A DNA stretch of 64,000 nucleotides from Isurus oxyrinchus (lineage: Eukaryota). The notes beneath the pieces were generated by a model that saw nothing but the letters and a program-made list of their open reading frames with translations, ran no database searches and was not told the origin of the DNA. The translations under genes and the position numbers were made by a program. Of this stretch, positions 38,913 through 50,619 are shown piece after piece. The stretch spans positions 100,006,001 to 100,070,000 of the forward strand of contig JANJGN010000012.1 in assembly GCA_026770705.1 (NCBI GenBank), written 5' to 3'. Each line of letters begins with the position of its first letter. Position 1 is the stretch's first letter.

Positions 38913-39225
38913 CCACACCAAAACCCGGGATATCCAGGCATATGCAATCACCTCTGCATCCTGGCTGTTCTGGTCCTGGGCAACAAGCACAAATCTCTGT
39001 ACCCTTTTTGTGGGTGGAGGCTTGTGTTATCCCACGGAGTTCATCTGTGGAGCTCTGGAAGGAGCCACCGGAATAGAAATTGAGCACCACGGTCACTTTC
39101 ACAGCCACTGGCACTGGGTGCCCTCCGTGTCCCCTTGGCACCAGGTCCTGCTGTAAGTGGCAGATGCAAGTGACCAGTTCCCTAGACATGCACAGTCATC
39201 GGTGACACTGGTTCTTGGTTATCTA
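38913..39225 (-). pseudogene. Harbinger transposase N-terminal part (element A)
   Basis: MSRELVTCICHLQQDLVPRGHGGHPVPVAVKVTVVLNFYSGGSFQ, closely similar to 51864-52388. Confidence 0.85.
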
Positions 39226-40959
39226 CAGGACTGAAAGGCAGCATCTATAGAACCCTGGGTCTAGCTATGGGCCGACCAGTGACAACTCGCGTGAATTTCT
39301 AGCAGGGTCTGCGGCCGCCCCAGCCATCTCTTCTTCCTGAGGGTGTTGCTCCTCCCTCTGTGCAGCCAGGTGCCTTAGTCGCTCTTTCCTCAATCATCTT
39401 TGCTCTCTGTACATCACTGGCATACAACTAGATCACCAAGATCCATGATCCTGCTGTGCTCCTCCTGCAGGATGAAAGAGAGAGAGACATATGGGTTAGC
39501 ATGGGTGCACTAAAATCATGCCGGATGGCCAGAGATTAATGCGCTGCATGGCTGCCCAAAATCCCACCCACCTCCGCCCCACTCCACCTGAATAATTGGT
39601 GGCAGATTTGCCCACTGGACTGCATGCTGTGCTCTCAGCTCAGGTGCATGCATTCCCCTAACTTGCAGTGCAAGGCTACACGATGGGGGAGACAGATCCA
39701 AACTGGGATGCTGACAATGCAAGGGGCTGTGAGCGCCTCCAGCAGTGACTGCTCCATGGCCAGCTTTAGCAAGGAGGCAGTACAATGTGTGCAGTCATCC
39801 AGCTGTTCTGCAATCCACTAAAATGCTCATGACTTTGCAGTCTGTGCTCAAGGGGTGAAAATCTCTGGAGAACTTGGTGACACTTTGATGTCTCTGTGTT
39901 GCTTGAGTGGGCAGAGAATCTAGAAGCCCAACTCCAATCATATCAATGTGGCCACATGGCCACTTCCCTTGTCCACCACCAAACCCCGCCCCCCCCCCCC
40001 CGAATACTTGTGCGTTACATTCAGCCACAGGGCAGCCCTAGCTCCCATGCCAAGTCACCACAACCATAGGGCTGCACTTGCCTGCCCCCGAAGTCACTGC
40101 AACTGCAGGGCTGCCCTTGTCCCACCCTTCGATGTTCCTCAAGCTTGAAGTCCAACAAATACCGTGGTGAGCACTATGCAATGTTACTGTGCACTCACCT
40201 CCAAGTTCCCCTCAAAGTGCAGCCCACCAAGTGCATGGCTTTTATATGCTGGTGTGAACATGGCGGTATGCTTTCCCACTGACGTGGGCGGACGATCCAG
40301 TGGGTTGGGGGGACGATGCCGGCGGGCAGGCCTAATAATGATATGCAAATGTATTACAATGAGGTTTCCGATGACCGATGGCGGGAAATGTGGCCCGCCA
40401 TTGGTGGCTGAATGGATGATCACAAACTGGTTTCACACCGCCGTGAAACCGATCGATCCATATTGTCTGCTCAAGCCAGCGAACACGCCCGGCAAGCACA
40501 GAAAATCCTGGCCTCAGTGTGTGGAAGTGTTTCCTAATTTCACTCTAAAATGTCTGGCTATAATTTATTTGACTATATCCCCTAGTCCTAGATTCCTCAA
40601 AAAGCGGCAATAGTTTATTCCTGTCTACCTTGTCTGTTCCCCTTAATATCTTGAAGACATCAGTCAATTCAACACTTAGCCTCTAAAATTCTACGGGTTA
40701 CAACCCTTGTTTGTGTAATCTTTCCCTGTAATATAACCCTGCCTTCTCTTTTATGTAACATGACTTACCTTTGACACCACCACCTTCCTCCATTTCCCCA
40801 TGCCTTCTAATAAAGAGACATTCCTCAATCAACAACCAATCCTACAACATGACAATACATCAACTGTCTTTACCCCAACATTACAACACCACCTAAGTGA
40901 ATAAATTATTACCAAATAAATGCATCTTTTCCTGTATGATTCTAACCTCCATGAATAAC

Positions 40960-41330
40960 AAGCCCAACCACCCAACACCCACCAACCTGACTATCCACCC
41001 CCCCAAGCTGACTACCCAACTCCTGACCCAACTACCCACACCGACTCCTACTGACCTGACTTCCCAACCCCTGACACCCCCAAAACAACCAATTGCCCAG
41101 TCCCCGAACTAACTGCCCACTTGTCCCTGACTACCCACCTATCCACTCACATAACCACCCACCCACTCACTCACCCACCCACCCAGTTACCCACTCACTC
41201 ATCCAGTCACCCACTCACCCAGTCACTCACCCACTCATTCACCCACCCACTCACACACTCACCCATCCATTCACTCGTTCACTTACCCAGTCACTCACCC
41301 ACCCTCTCACACAGTCACTCGCTTACCAAA
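40960..41330. repeat. C/A-rich tandem repeat (cact/cacc 4-mer variants) within an interspersed repeat
   Basis: Visible 'cactcacccacccagtcact' array, with downstream sequence similar to 640-730. Confidence 0.85.
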
Positions 41331-41834
41331 AGCCTTTGAGATCTTTAAACACTTACCTAAATATGGCAACTGATGTTGTAAAAAGGGAGCACGTCCTTTG
41401 TGTTACTCCTGTTTATCGTTGCTTTTGGTGGATGTCTGCACTGAAGCATTGCTTGTGTAGTGGAGCTAGAAAGCTCTGGCTGGAAGGAGGTAAAAAGGTC
41501 AGGATGCAGTGATCTTCATTGTCAACGGGGATCACCACTGACTGGAAGATCAATCATTATACTATTACAGTAATTAAAAACCTACCTATTTACCTCTGTA
41601 TAATCAAAACAATAAAAAATACTTTACCGTTCGCTCTCAGAATACATTAGTCTTTCACAGCTTCTTGCAAGATGAAACACTGCTGAATTCTACAAATCAT
41701 TATTCTCTAAATACATACCTGAATACTGGTACTGATTCTCCTTCACCATGTGCTAGAGACAGGCATCCTTCCTCAGATTAGCAACAATCACATTGAAATG
41801 CAATAAAACAGCTCAATCCGTGTCTTCTAAATAA

Positions 41835-42170
41835 AAGGACTTGCATTCATACAGCAGATTTGACAACCATAATGAGATCCCAAAGTGCTTTCCAGCTAAT
41901 GAAGTACTTATTGAATTATTCTAATCTGAGGAAGCAAGGCTGCCAGTTTACAAACAATAAGCTCCCACAAAGAGAAATGATATAATGAACAGATAATCAG
42001 CTTTAGTGATGTTGGTTGAAGGCTAAAATTGCCAGGATAACAGAAGAACTCTCCTGCTATCCTTTGCATAGTGCTCTGGGATCTTTAATATCCACCTGGA
42101 AGGTAGAAAGGACTTCAGTTTAACATCCAAAAATCAGCACTCTCTCAGTACTGCATTGAAGTATTCAGAA
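41835..42170 (-). mobile_element. Deu-type SINE (SacSINE/AmnSINE-like), degenerate
   Basis: 'acttgcatt.ata.ag...cccaaagtgcttt.cagc.aatgaagtactt...caagctcccacaaa...gtgatgttggttgaagg'. Family assignment is from recall. Confidence 0.6.
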
Positions 42171-44944
42171 GCATTCTGATAGGTTAATTAGCTGAATCTT
42201 TGCCCGTACATCCTGTTACATGGATGGTGCATGCTGCAGAGGTCAACCTTTCTGCTGGTCCCTTCTCTGCTCACTAGTAGATATCCCCACAGTGGCTGCT
42301 CTCCACTGAAAACTGACTTGTCCCTCCAAAGCAGGTTTTGCTGTTGCTGATAGTTATCTTGCTTCAAATTATTAGTTTTGCAAATCGAAAAGAAGCTTAT
42401 TTCAGCTGCCCATGTTCAGTTCTTGATACCAGCCCTTGAAAGAAACCGAAAATCAGAAGTAATGGGGTTGTAGAAATGGCCCAGGATCCAGACTGAAAAA
42501 ATGTGGAGAGGCATTATAACAGCACTTCCACATCATTAGCTTATTATAATGATGTTCCCGCCTATTGCAGATGAAATTTTATGCAACTCTTTCTTTGGCT
42601 TTTAGGAAATGTATGTTCCCTGCAGCACTATGAGTCTTGTTTCTCTTGGCTGTGACACCTCATGATCTAGCTCAACTGGGGTGTCATGATAAACAAGTCT
42701 CCCCCACTGTGTCCAGAGTGCATTTTTCCTACTGTTTCCAACACCTTCTCCCTCTTCTCTCTGTTATGCTATGGGAAAACCCAGGGCAGTTCTACTATCT
42801 CGCTCGAGTCTGATTGTTCATGAGTGAGCATGGACAGTTGGTGTCAACAGACTTCAGTACTTAACTTCAGGGAAGATCATGGCTAAGCTTTATCCTCACA
42901 AATATAAATTCAACAGAGACCACTGGGTAGAGATCAAAAGTGAGAAACTGGTCATTGTTCCCACCTTTGAATGCTCTCTACTGAGCTGTGCTGAATTGGC
43001 ACTGAGGCCAATTGTAGTGTTCCTATTGTTACCCAAGCTGAGAAGAGCTCTGCATGGACCAGTGACCAAACTTGGGACCTTCTAATTTGGATAACTCTGC
43101 TATTTCTTCCTTTAACTAGCTGAGCCATCCAGACCTTGTGTGCCTGAAGTATGTTAAGGTAACAGGATTAAGGAGGACACATGTTTCAATTTAATTTTTA
43201 CGTGGCATTAAATCTTTGAAAAGGAACCAGTTTAAACTAGTGTTTCTGCTTTCTTTAATTGACTGAGAATGACTGCATTGCAAATTTTGAATCTTATCTT
43301 GCTTTGGGACATTATGTGAATCATTCAGCTCTGGAGGCTTTAGAAAGGAACATTCTGTTAGAAAACTATTTGGCAAACACTTCTGTTTGTAAGGAATAGA
43401 GATAAAGAGCATGGAAGGCATATAAAAGATTATGTTGTATGCTTGGAAACAAAAACCCTTTGGCATGGAATTTAAATTATTGGGATCTTCCTTTAAAATC
43501 TCTGCTTCAGCATTTGGCCCCAATTTTCCACAGCATGGTTTAGCTGCTGGTTCCATTTCATATTAAATGGTCTCAAGTGGAGAAGCAGTAATGGGATTAC
43601 AATCCTCAGCCTTTCTGGCCTGTAGCAGTGACTAGACTTCCTTCACCATCTTTCAGAAACTAAGCCTTCCAAGTGGCTGAGGCTAGGCTGAACCTGGGAA
43701 GTATCTGGCCATTTAAATGGCCCAACTTAACCTGTCCAGATGGATCCAAGTCTGGTGAAGTGAGATGAAGCACACTGCAAATGTACAGTGCCTCACTGTT
43801 GTCCAGGCTCAAAAGACACTGGCAAATCAGTCACGATATAATTTCAGTTGGTGATTATCAATTTGAGTGAGGTCAATATGTTGGCATGATCATTTCATAA
43901 CAATATTTACAAAGATCGCATATTGTTTCTTGATGAAGAATCGTCGACCTGAAATGCTAGCTCTGTTTCTCTCTCCAAATGCTGCCTGATCTGCTATTTC
44001 CAGCATTTTCTGTTTTTATTGCAGATTGTGTGCTAGTCCACTTTTGATTTATAACAACATTAAAAAGCCAAATGATAGGTTTTTTACTCTGACAAAATAT
44101 CTCTTTACCAAGACCCTATCAACACAATGACTATGTTATGAATCTGAAGGCAGCTTCCAGGTAGGGAATGTAGGGGAGTAGCATTGTGTGAGGGAAATCC
44201 TGAAGTCAACTGAGTAGGTTGGAACCTGCAAACTCAACTTAATTATACAAGTCATTTTGATTCTGGGCTTTGTGTCTCCAGGCTATGCAATGGGCTTAAT
44301 GCATACCCACAAGATGCAATCTGAGCTTTATTTAATGGGACAGCCTGCAAATGCCAATGCAAATTGGAGGTGTTCCGCATGGATGGTGGAAATAGGGCAA
44401 AAACAACACCCTAAGTTAATGATACCTCAATGAAATTACTGTTAGCTGCAGTCAGGAGGAGGATGGCCAATGTTTCCCCAAAAGCACCAGCTTTCACTTT
44501 TCACCTCTCCAATTGTCCATTCACTGTTAACACTCACCCCAGTCCTTTTGCAAGCTGATTCATCTGTCCCAAAGTCACACTCAGCAAATGAACTGCATCT
44601 AATGGGTGAATCCCTCACTTATACTCATTCACAGGTCTATTTTATCACTTCTTTTAGAAGAGAGTGCAAAATGCAAGAGAGAGGACAGGACTGGAAGTGG
44701 CCTGCCATAAGTGGTACAGCTAACAAGCATAGAGGAGGAGGCCATGGAGATAGGTAAAATATCTATGTCCCTCTCAGTCGGAGATGGAGAGACAGGGAAT
44801 TGGCAGAATGTCTGCATTTAAGAGAGACTCCACCCTGTCTCCACAGAGAGGAAGCGGTAATGAAGGAGGATTAGTAAAAGAGAGGGACATAACTTGAGAA
44901 GAGAGAACCATTAAAGATGTCAGCTAACATGGCAACCAGGAAGG

Positions 44945-45555
44945 GAATAAAAGCAGAAAATGCTGGAAAAACTTAACAGATCTGACAACATCTATGGAGA
45001 GAGAAACAGAATTAATGTTTCAAGTTCGTATGGCTACTTCAGAGCTAAAGAGAAGTAGAAATGTTGAAGAATTTTATGCTGTTTAAGAGGGGGTGGACTA
45101 GGTGGAATGAGATAGAAGGTTAGGGATAGCTGACAGCTAAGGAGAGAGTGCCAAAGATATCATGGACACAAGACAAAGGGAGTGTTAATGGCAGTGGTAA
45201 AAAATAAACATTGTGCCGTAAAGGTAAGATAGAAGGTGTTAATAGCAGAGCAAGGGTCAGCACTCTGTGAAAGCAAAACATAAAAACAAGTAACAGATAG
45301 TCCTGTGGGGGGAGGGAGGGGTGGTTTGGAGAAAAAGGATAAAAAAACATAAATAAAAGGATAAAATTAAATGTAAAAATAAATAAATAAAAGTGGATTT
45401 AAAAGGGGGTCAAAATGGAGAAGTGTTCATGGTCTGAAGTTGTTGAACTCAATGCTAAGACCGGAAGGCTGTAGGGTGCCTAATTAGAAGATGAGGTGTT
45501 GTTCCTCCAGTTTGCATTGGGCTTCACTGGAACATTGCAGCAGGCCAAGGACAGA
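44945..45555 (-). mobile_element. Penelope-like element 3' fragment with the terminal repeat shared by the hairpin elements
   Basis: Starts 'aaaagcagaaaatgctggaaaaac...gagagaaacaga', the same as the hairpin arms. Purine-rich tract; homologous to 27512-27905. Confidence 0.55.
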
Positions 45556-45556
45556 C

Positions 45557-46157
45557 TGGACGACCCTCTCGATTGCCCACTTCCTGGACCTGTTAATGGC
45601 CAACATCGCCAGGCCCAGGAGCAGGTTCACGAGGAGGTCCTCCTCCCTCACTGCCCTGCTCCATACCAGGTGTCAGTAAATCAGGGGTGTGAGACTGAAG
45701 TGCAAACAAAACAACAGTATAAGATTTTTAAAATAACTGAAAAGGGGTGCAGCCTGCAACAATTAACATAGACATGGTCCATGGACTCCACAAGGCCGTA
45801 AAAGGGGCAGGCATCTTGGGAGTCAGTGAACTGACAAACCCTAAGGTTGTATGGGACTGCCGTGTGCAACACCCTCCACCTCAGGTCCCCAGTTGGAAGT
45901 GGGAGGACATCCCTGTAGAGGGACCTCCACTGGGGACCTTTGCTGCCGGACGACAACAAGGCACATCAGGGTGTCCGGGTGGTGGGCGAGGACAAGGAAG
46001 TGAATGGTGTGCAGCAGCAGCCCATACAGGAAACCCCTCTGCGCCATGCTAAAGGGCACGGAGGGCATTTCTACGAGGTGACTCGGATTGCAGGGCACCG
46101 GCTCCCAAGGGAGGGTTCAGGGCTTAGAGCCAATGTGGAATTCCATCCGAACAGGAT
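45557..46157 (-). mobile_element. Tx1 fragment, copy C (ORF2 C-terminal zinc-finger region), truncated at both ends
   Basis: Collinear with ~33895-34485; 'DLRWRVLHTAVPYN...ACPFYGLVESMDHVYVNC'. Confidence 0.85.
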
Positions 46158-46864
46158 CAAACAAATGTATGAGGATCAGTTACCATACTGACATAATCAA
46201 AGATGAAACAAATCATTGAACAATATAATGACATTTTCAATGTGTTGGGAATTACAGCATGGAGTAGGTGTATTTAATTTAGCAGCTTAACTGTGAGAAC
46301 CTAATGGTGATTTTCAAGAGCTATTAGGGGCAGAGCAATGGAGAAGTTGTAGGGTCATTTTGGAAAAAATAGCGTCAATCACAGTAACCAGCCTTCTTAA
46401 TAGCTTTACAGTATTACATCAATTTTCCTGGCCCTTCAAAATTTTGATGCCCATGAGATGTCATGGATTACTTGGGCATCAATCCATTCATACTGATGAC
46501 TTGAAATGTGGAGCATGATCAACGCTGGTTGTGTAATAAGACTCTGGTAGTTTCAGGCCCTACATATTTAAAGGTGGCTCAACAGGCTGGGCATTTTTTA
46601 AACTTTAAATATAAAGATTCAAAGATCATTTAGTGCTAACTATAGTTGCAATTCAGGTTTATGTGTGAGAGGCTTATGAATTTTGTGTATGTGAACCTAA
46701 ATATACCACAGTCTGTGCAATGCTCAAAAGCTGTGGCACTGCTCCCTCCAGAGATCACACAATGTAAAAAGCTGAACTGACTGTGTTTAGATATATTATG
46801 TTACACATATTGGAGGTTAAATTTAATAGCCCCCGAAAACAGGTGTGAACATTGAGATATGCAA

Positions 46865-47300
46865 TTAATCCGCATTGATTGCAGTGCAGGCAGCATGCCA
46901 ACATCTTGACATTTGTTTTGCCAAGTACTGAAGGGCTGTTCCAGAGCGGTCCAGGTATTGGAAGCATTGCTTTGACATTCTAATAGTCTGCTGTATCACA
47001 TGCAGCATGGCTGTCATTCTGTGCAATCTGCACATGTGTGGGTTGTGCACTGGAGTCATTAGCCACCCCATGGTTTTCTGTGCTGGCTTGATTGCAGCTC
47101 ACACAGCAGACTAACACAGGATGAAAATATCATGACTACTGTCCAGATATTGGACATTGACCTGCATGATTGAATGCCTGTGGTCACATACCAGCTGGTC
47201 AGTGAGGGAATGGAATACCTTTCCAGTATAGGGCAGAGTTGATATGTGGCACCCGCAAAGCAATTTGCATGCAGTCAATAACTCCACTTTCCTGCCAGCT
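46865..47300 (-). pseudogene. Old Harbinger transposase fragment
   Basis: 'WLMTPVHNP...IQQTIRMSKQCFQYLDRSGTALQY'. Confidence 0.7.
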
Positions 47301-47779
47301 CCTCATAACTGTTGACTCTCTTATAGGTCAAAAAGTGTCTAGCTCAACCTTGAATATATTCAATGATTCAGCCTCCACTGCTGTAGGGCGTCCAGCATAA
47401 CTCACCTTGCCCTCAACCTCTCTGCTTCTCTACCTTTCTCTCCTTTTTTAGTAGCTCCTTAATAACTCTTTGACCAAGATTTTGGGCACCTGTCTTAATA
47501 TCTTCTTATGTGTCTCAATATCAGATTTGTTTGATAAATCTCATGTAAAGTACCATGTGTCATTTTATTATGTTAAATATGATGTATAAATGAAGTTGTT
47601 GTTGAAAGAGGACTAAAACAATGGAGTGAAACCCTGAATTTCTTGGTAAAGAACAAATATTATAAGTAACTAGCTCATGGCTCATAGTAATATTTTAGAG
47701 GTAATTTTTAGTTCTGGGAAGATTAAAAATTAACTGTAGAAAATGGGATAAATACAACTAAAGCAGCTTGGAGTTTATT

Positions 47780-48695
47780 ATGTTTAAAAGGTTGGGGCCA
47801 CGTTGACCTAAGGGGTTAACAGCTGAAAGGTGTAGCTGGGCAGATTGGAGCTTGGTGAAACACAGGGGCAATGCTCGCCGAGTGAAGCTACCCAGCTATT
47901 AAAGAATTGAAATTGCACCGGTATGTAGAGGTTGGAGTGTCAACTCAGAAATCCACGGGAATGGAGTCTTGGGGGACGAGATTGAAACCCTGGGAGGTGT
48001 GCAGTTGTTGAGGCAATCCAAGTTGGAGAGGCTTTAGGGGAATTCAGAGGTTTGATCTGTGAAAGTGAAAGGTTTGGAGTTCTTCATGATGGAGATAGTT
48101 TCAATGAGATTGAAGCAGAATACTGTGCATGCTGAAAATCTGGAATAAAAACAGAAAATGCTGGAAATGTTCATCAGGTCTGGCTGCATCTGTGGAGAGA
48201 TAAATAGAGTTTACGTTTCGAGTCTGTTTTGAAGAGTTGTATGGACTCCAAACGTAAACTCTGTTCCTCTCTCCACATATGCAGCCAGACCTGATGAACT
48301 GTTCTAGCATCTTCTATTTTTATTTCAATGTGATTGGTTGACTCATAGTGTTTACTGATGTCTGGGTGGGCTGCTGAGAAATTCAGAGGATCTGTCTTGG
48401 TCTCATTTGCTATTTATTGTACAGTGTGGTGTGTTCGACCACACTGTGTTCTTAATTCACATTTACCTCATATTAGCCCTGAATGTTAGAGCATAAGATA
48501 AATATTGTAAATTGTTTTATATTTCTGATCCTACACAGTAAAGTTTATTTTTGTTTATTCAACACCTGTGAAATCTTGTGGCTTTATTCTCTAAGCAGTG
48601 TCTTGAATCTCAAACTTAGTCTACTTTAAACAAAATATCATTGGTCCCTAATTGAATCGTACCAAAAACTTGGGAGTCTGGTCGAGGATCATAAC
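47780..48695 (+). mobile_element. Probable solo LTR-like repeat (left boundary uncertain), interrupted by a hairpin element
   Basis: Ends 'gtctggtcgaggatcataaca', an LTR-like CA terminus. No coding evidence. Confidence 0.35.
48113..48322. mobile_element. Hairpin Penelope-derived element with a 14-bp TSD
   Basis: Arms ~48145-48224 and ~48244-48322 are reverse complements. Flanks are tttcaatgagattg (48099-48112) and tttcaatgtgattg (48323-48336). Confidence 0.8.
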
Positions 48696-49829
48696 ACAAA
48701 GAACTATGAGCTTGACTGAAATAGAATGCCTGATGGTCTTTACTTATTGGGGAGAGAAAAGTATGTATAAGCGTGGTGGAGTGTTAGTAAGATAAAATTT
48801 GAAGTAACTGAAAGGAAGAAATAATGATAATAGTTGCAGAGATGAGGCAAGGTCTACAGAATGATAAGAGATTCTTTCTATTTTAATGTTATGATAATTA
48901 AACAGTAGATTTAGGAAAATAAACCATATAAAACAATATTCTACAAGGGTTTTCAGGAGAACTACATGTGACATCTAGATAAGATGACATTGGAGAGGAG
49001 CCATCTTCTTCTCCCAAGGCAAAGAACTTGTTCAATTCTTTGTCTTGAGTTGTATTTGCTAGAAAAAAGCTTGTATGAAAAGTTATTACTTGCTTTCTGG
49101 CACAAACTTCTGTGCCGTATGTTAAATTCTTTAAAGTTATAAAAATAACTAGAGTGTATTGACAATTCTTAGCCTTTAGTGTTTTGAACTTGAGTGAAAT
49201 CTTATTGGCATAGTACCTGTTTTCAGCTTTTTATAGTGATATATGGATGGTCTTCAGAATAAGTCATTGGGCACAGTGTTCATTAGGTAGTTGATGTGTC
49301 ATTGACCTCAACACACCATTATTAGTTTGATGTTTCAGCATATTGCGGAGCTAGTATAGTATGATGTTAACGGAGAACTCTAAAGTCCAATTAACAGCAG
49401 TCAACGCATGGCAGCAAATTCAGGCCCTATTGAACAATCAGTTTGACTCAGTAATAAACTCTGCCGGGTTTAGAGGAGATGCATGATTAAAGGTTATGAT
49501 TTCTTCTACTCAATTTTAGATAACTCTGTCAACCAATTTACCAATTGGTTGGTAGTGCTGGCTAGACAAGTAGTGAGAAGCAGTTCTGATAGGTTGAATG
49601 ATGCTCAGCATGGTGGTCCTCAGGGGTCAGGGGTGGGCCTTCAGACTGCTCATAATGAATGGCTGCTGGTGAGCCTCAAAGGGAGAAGAAGGACATGTCA
49701 TTAGTTTAACTCATTAGACTGTCAGTGTGCATGGCACCCTGATGAGACAGAGATATGCATCATGGTGGTCTCGTCTTTCCATTATCAATGGAGGTTCCAG
49801 GTTTGAGGTTCACACCAATATAGAGACTA

Positions 49830-50589
49830 CACTGGAATGGTAGCAATTATCGACATTCTTACTTCAGTGTGCTGCATTCTTACCTTTCTCTGGCCCCCCA
49901 ACCTCACCGCTCCGCTTGACCGAGGTGCATGGTGCCTCTCCAAGCTCCAGGGCCTCCTACTCGTAACGTATGATGATGACGAGGTGTGGGGGTCCTCAGC
50001 CAGTCCGTGACCTCTCAGCATTGTTATGGGATGTCTTCTTCTGAAAAGATAGAGGAGCCTTGATTAGTCCACCGTCTACCGGCAGCACCATTGCAGCCTG
50101 GCCAACCCCACCTGAGGAACACCTCGCAGGGCTCAGCTGATTAATGAACCTGGAGCCGCAAGGCATTCAGTCCAAGCAGCCAGGACTCACCCCCTTGGCC
50201 AGCTCCTGCCTTATTGACATTTGACACTCACAGTCTAACACTTCTGAGGTCCACAGGGGAATGGGCAGCTCTTAACTGTTCTGCAAAGTGACCCATGCCA
50301 ACATGGGACTCACCCTTCCCAATCGCAGGAGATCTTTAACGTGCTTCCGGTACTGCATCCATGTGCGCATCACCATGTCATGGCTGTTGACCCTGGATGC
50401 CAGCTCCTCCCAGGTCTTTTTGGTGAGGTGGGTGGGCCTCCTCCTCCTATCCCTGAGGACAAGGGTTCTTCTCCTCGCTGCCACCTCCTCCAGGAGGGCT
50501 GCGAGGTACTCATCCGAAAAACACGGGGCTGACTGCCCTGCTGGCCTGCTGTATCCACCCGCTACAATTTCCATTCGCAACATTTCCAT
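49830..50589 (-). pseudogene. Harbinger Myb/SANT gene 5' exons (family of 18201-20511)
   Basis: 'APCFSDEYLAALLEEVAARRRTLV...KKTWEELASRVNSHDMVMRTWMQYRKHVKDLLRLGR|gtgagt'. Confidence 0.8.
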
Positions 50590-50619
50590 GTCCTTCGGTG
50601 GCAGCCGAAGTGTTTCTCA

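Larger units (their letters stand above)
32210..40513. mobile_element. Harbinger element 'A' carrying a Tx1 retrotransposon (composite, ~8.3 kb as assembled, includes a gap)
   Basis: Termini 'gggcggaatcgtc' and 'gaaaatcctggcc', flanked by tta / tca. Myb gene on +, transposase on -. The whole unit interrupts one CR1 fragment. Confidence 0.8.

Noticed and set aside
38287-39189. Long ORFs spanning the N run
   Set aside because: Open only because N codons translate as X.
43191-43556. 121-aa minus-strand ORF (MEPAAKPCCGK...)
   Set aside because: No domain motif, no splice support and AT-rich composition; likely chance.
45557-46157. Third Tx1 copy as a test of target specificity
   Set aside because: Both termini are missing, so its flanks say nothing about the original target.
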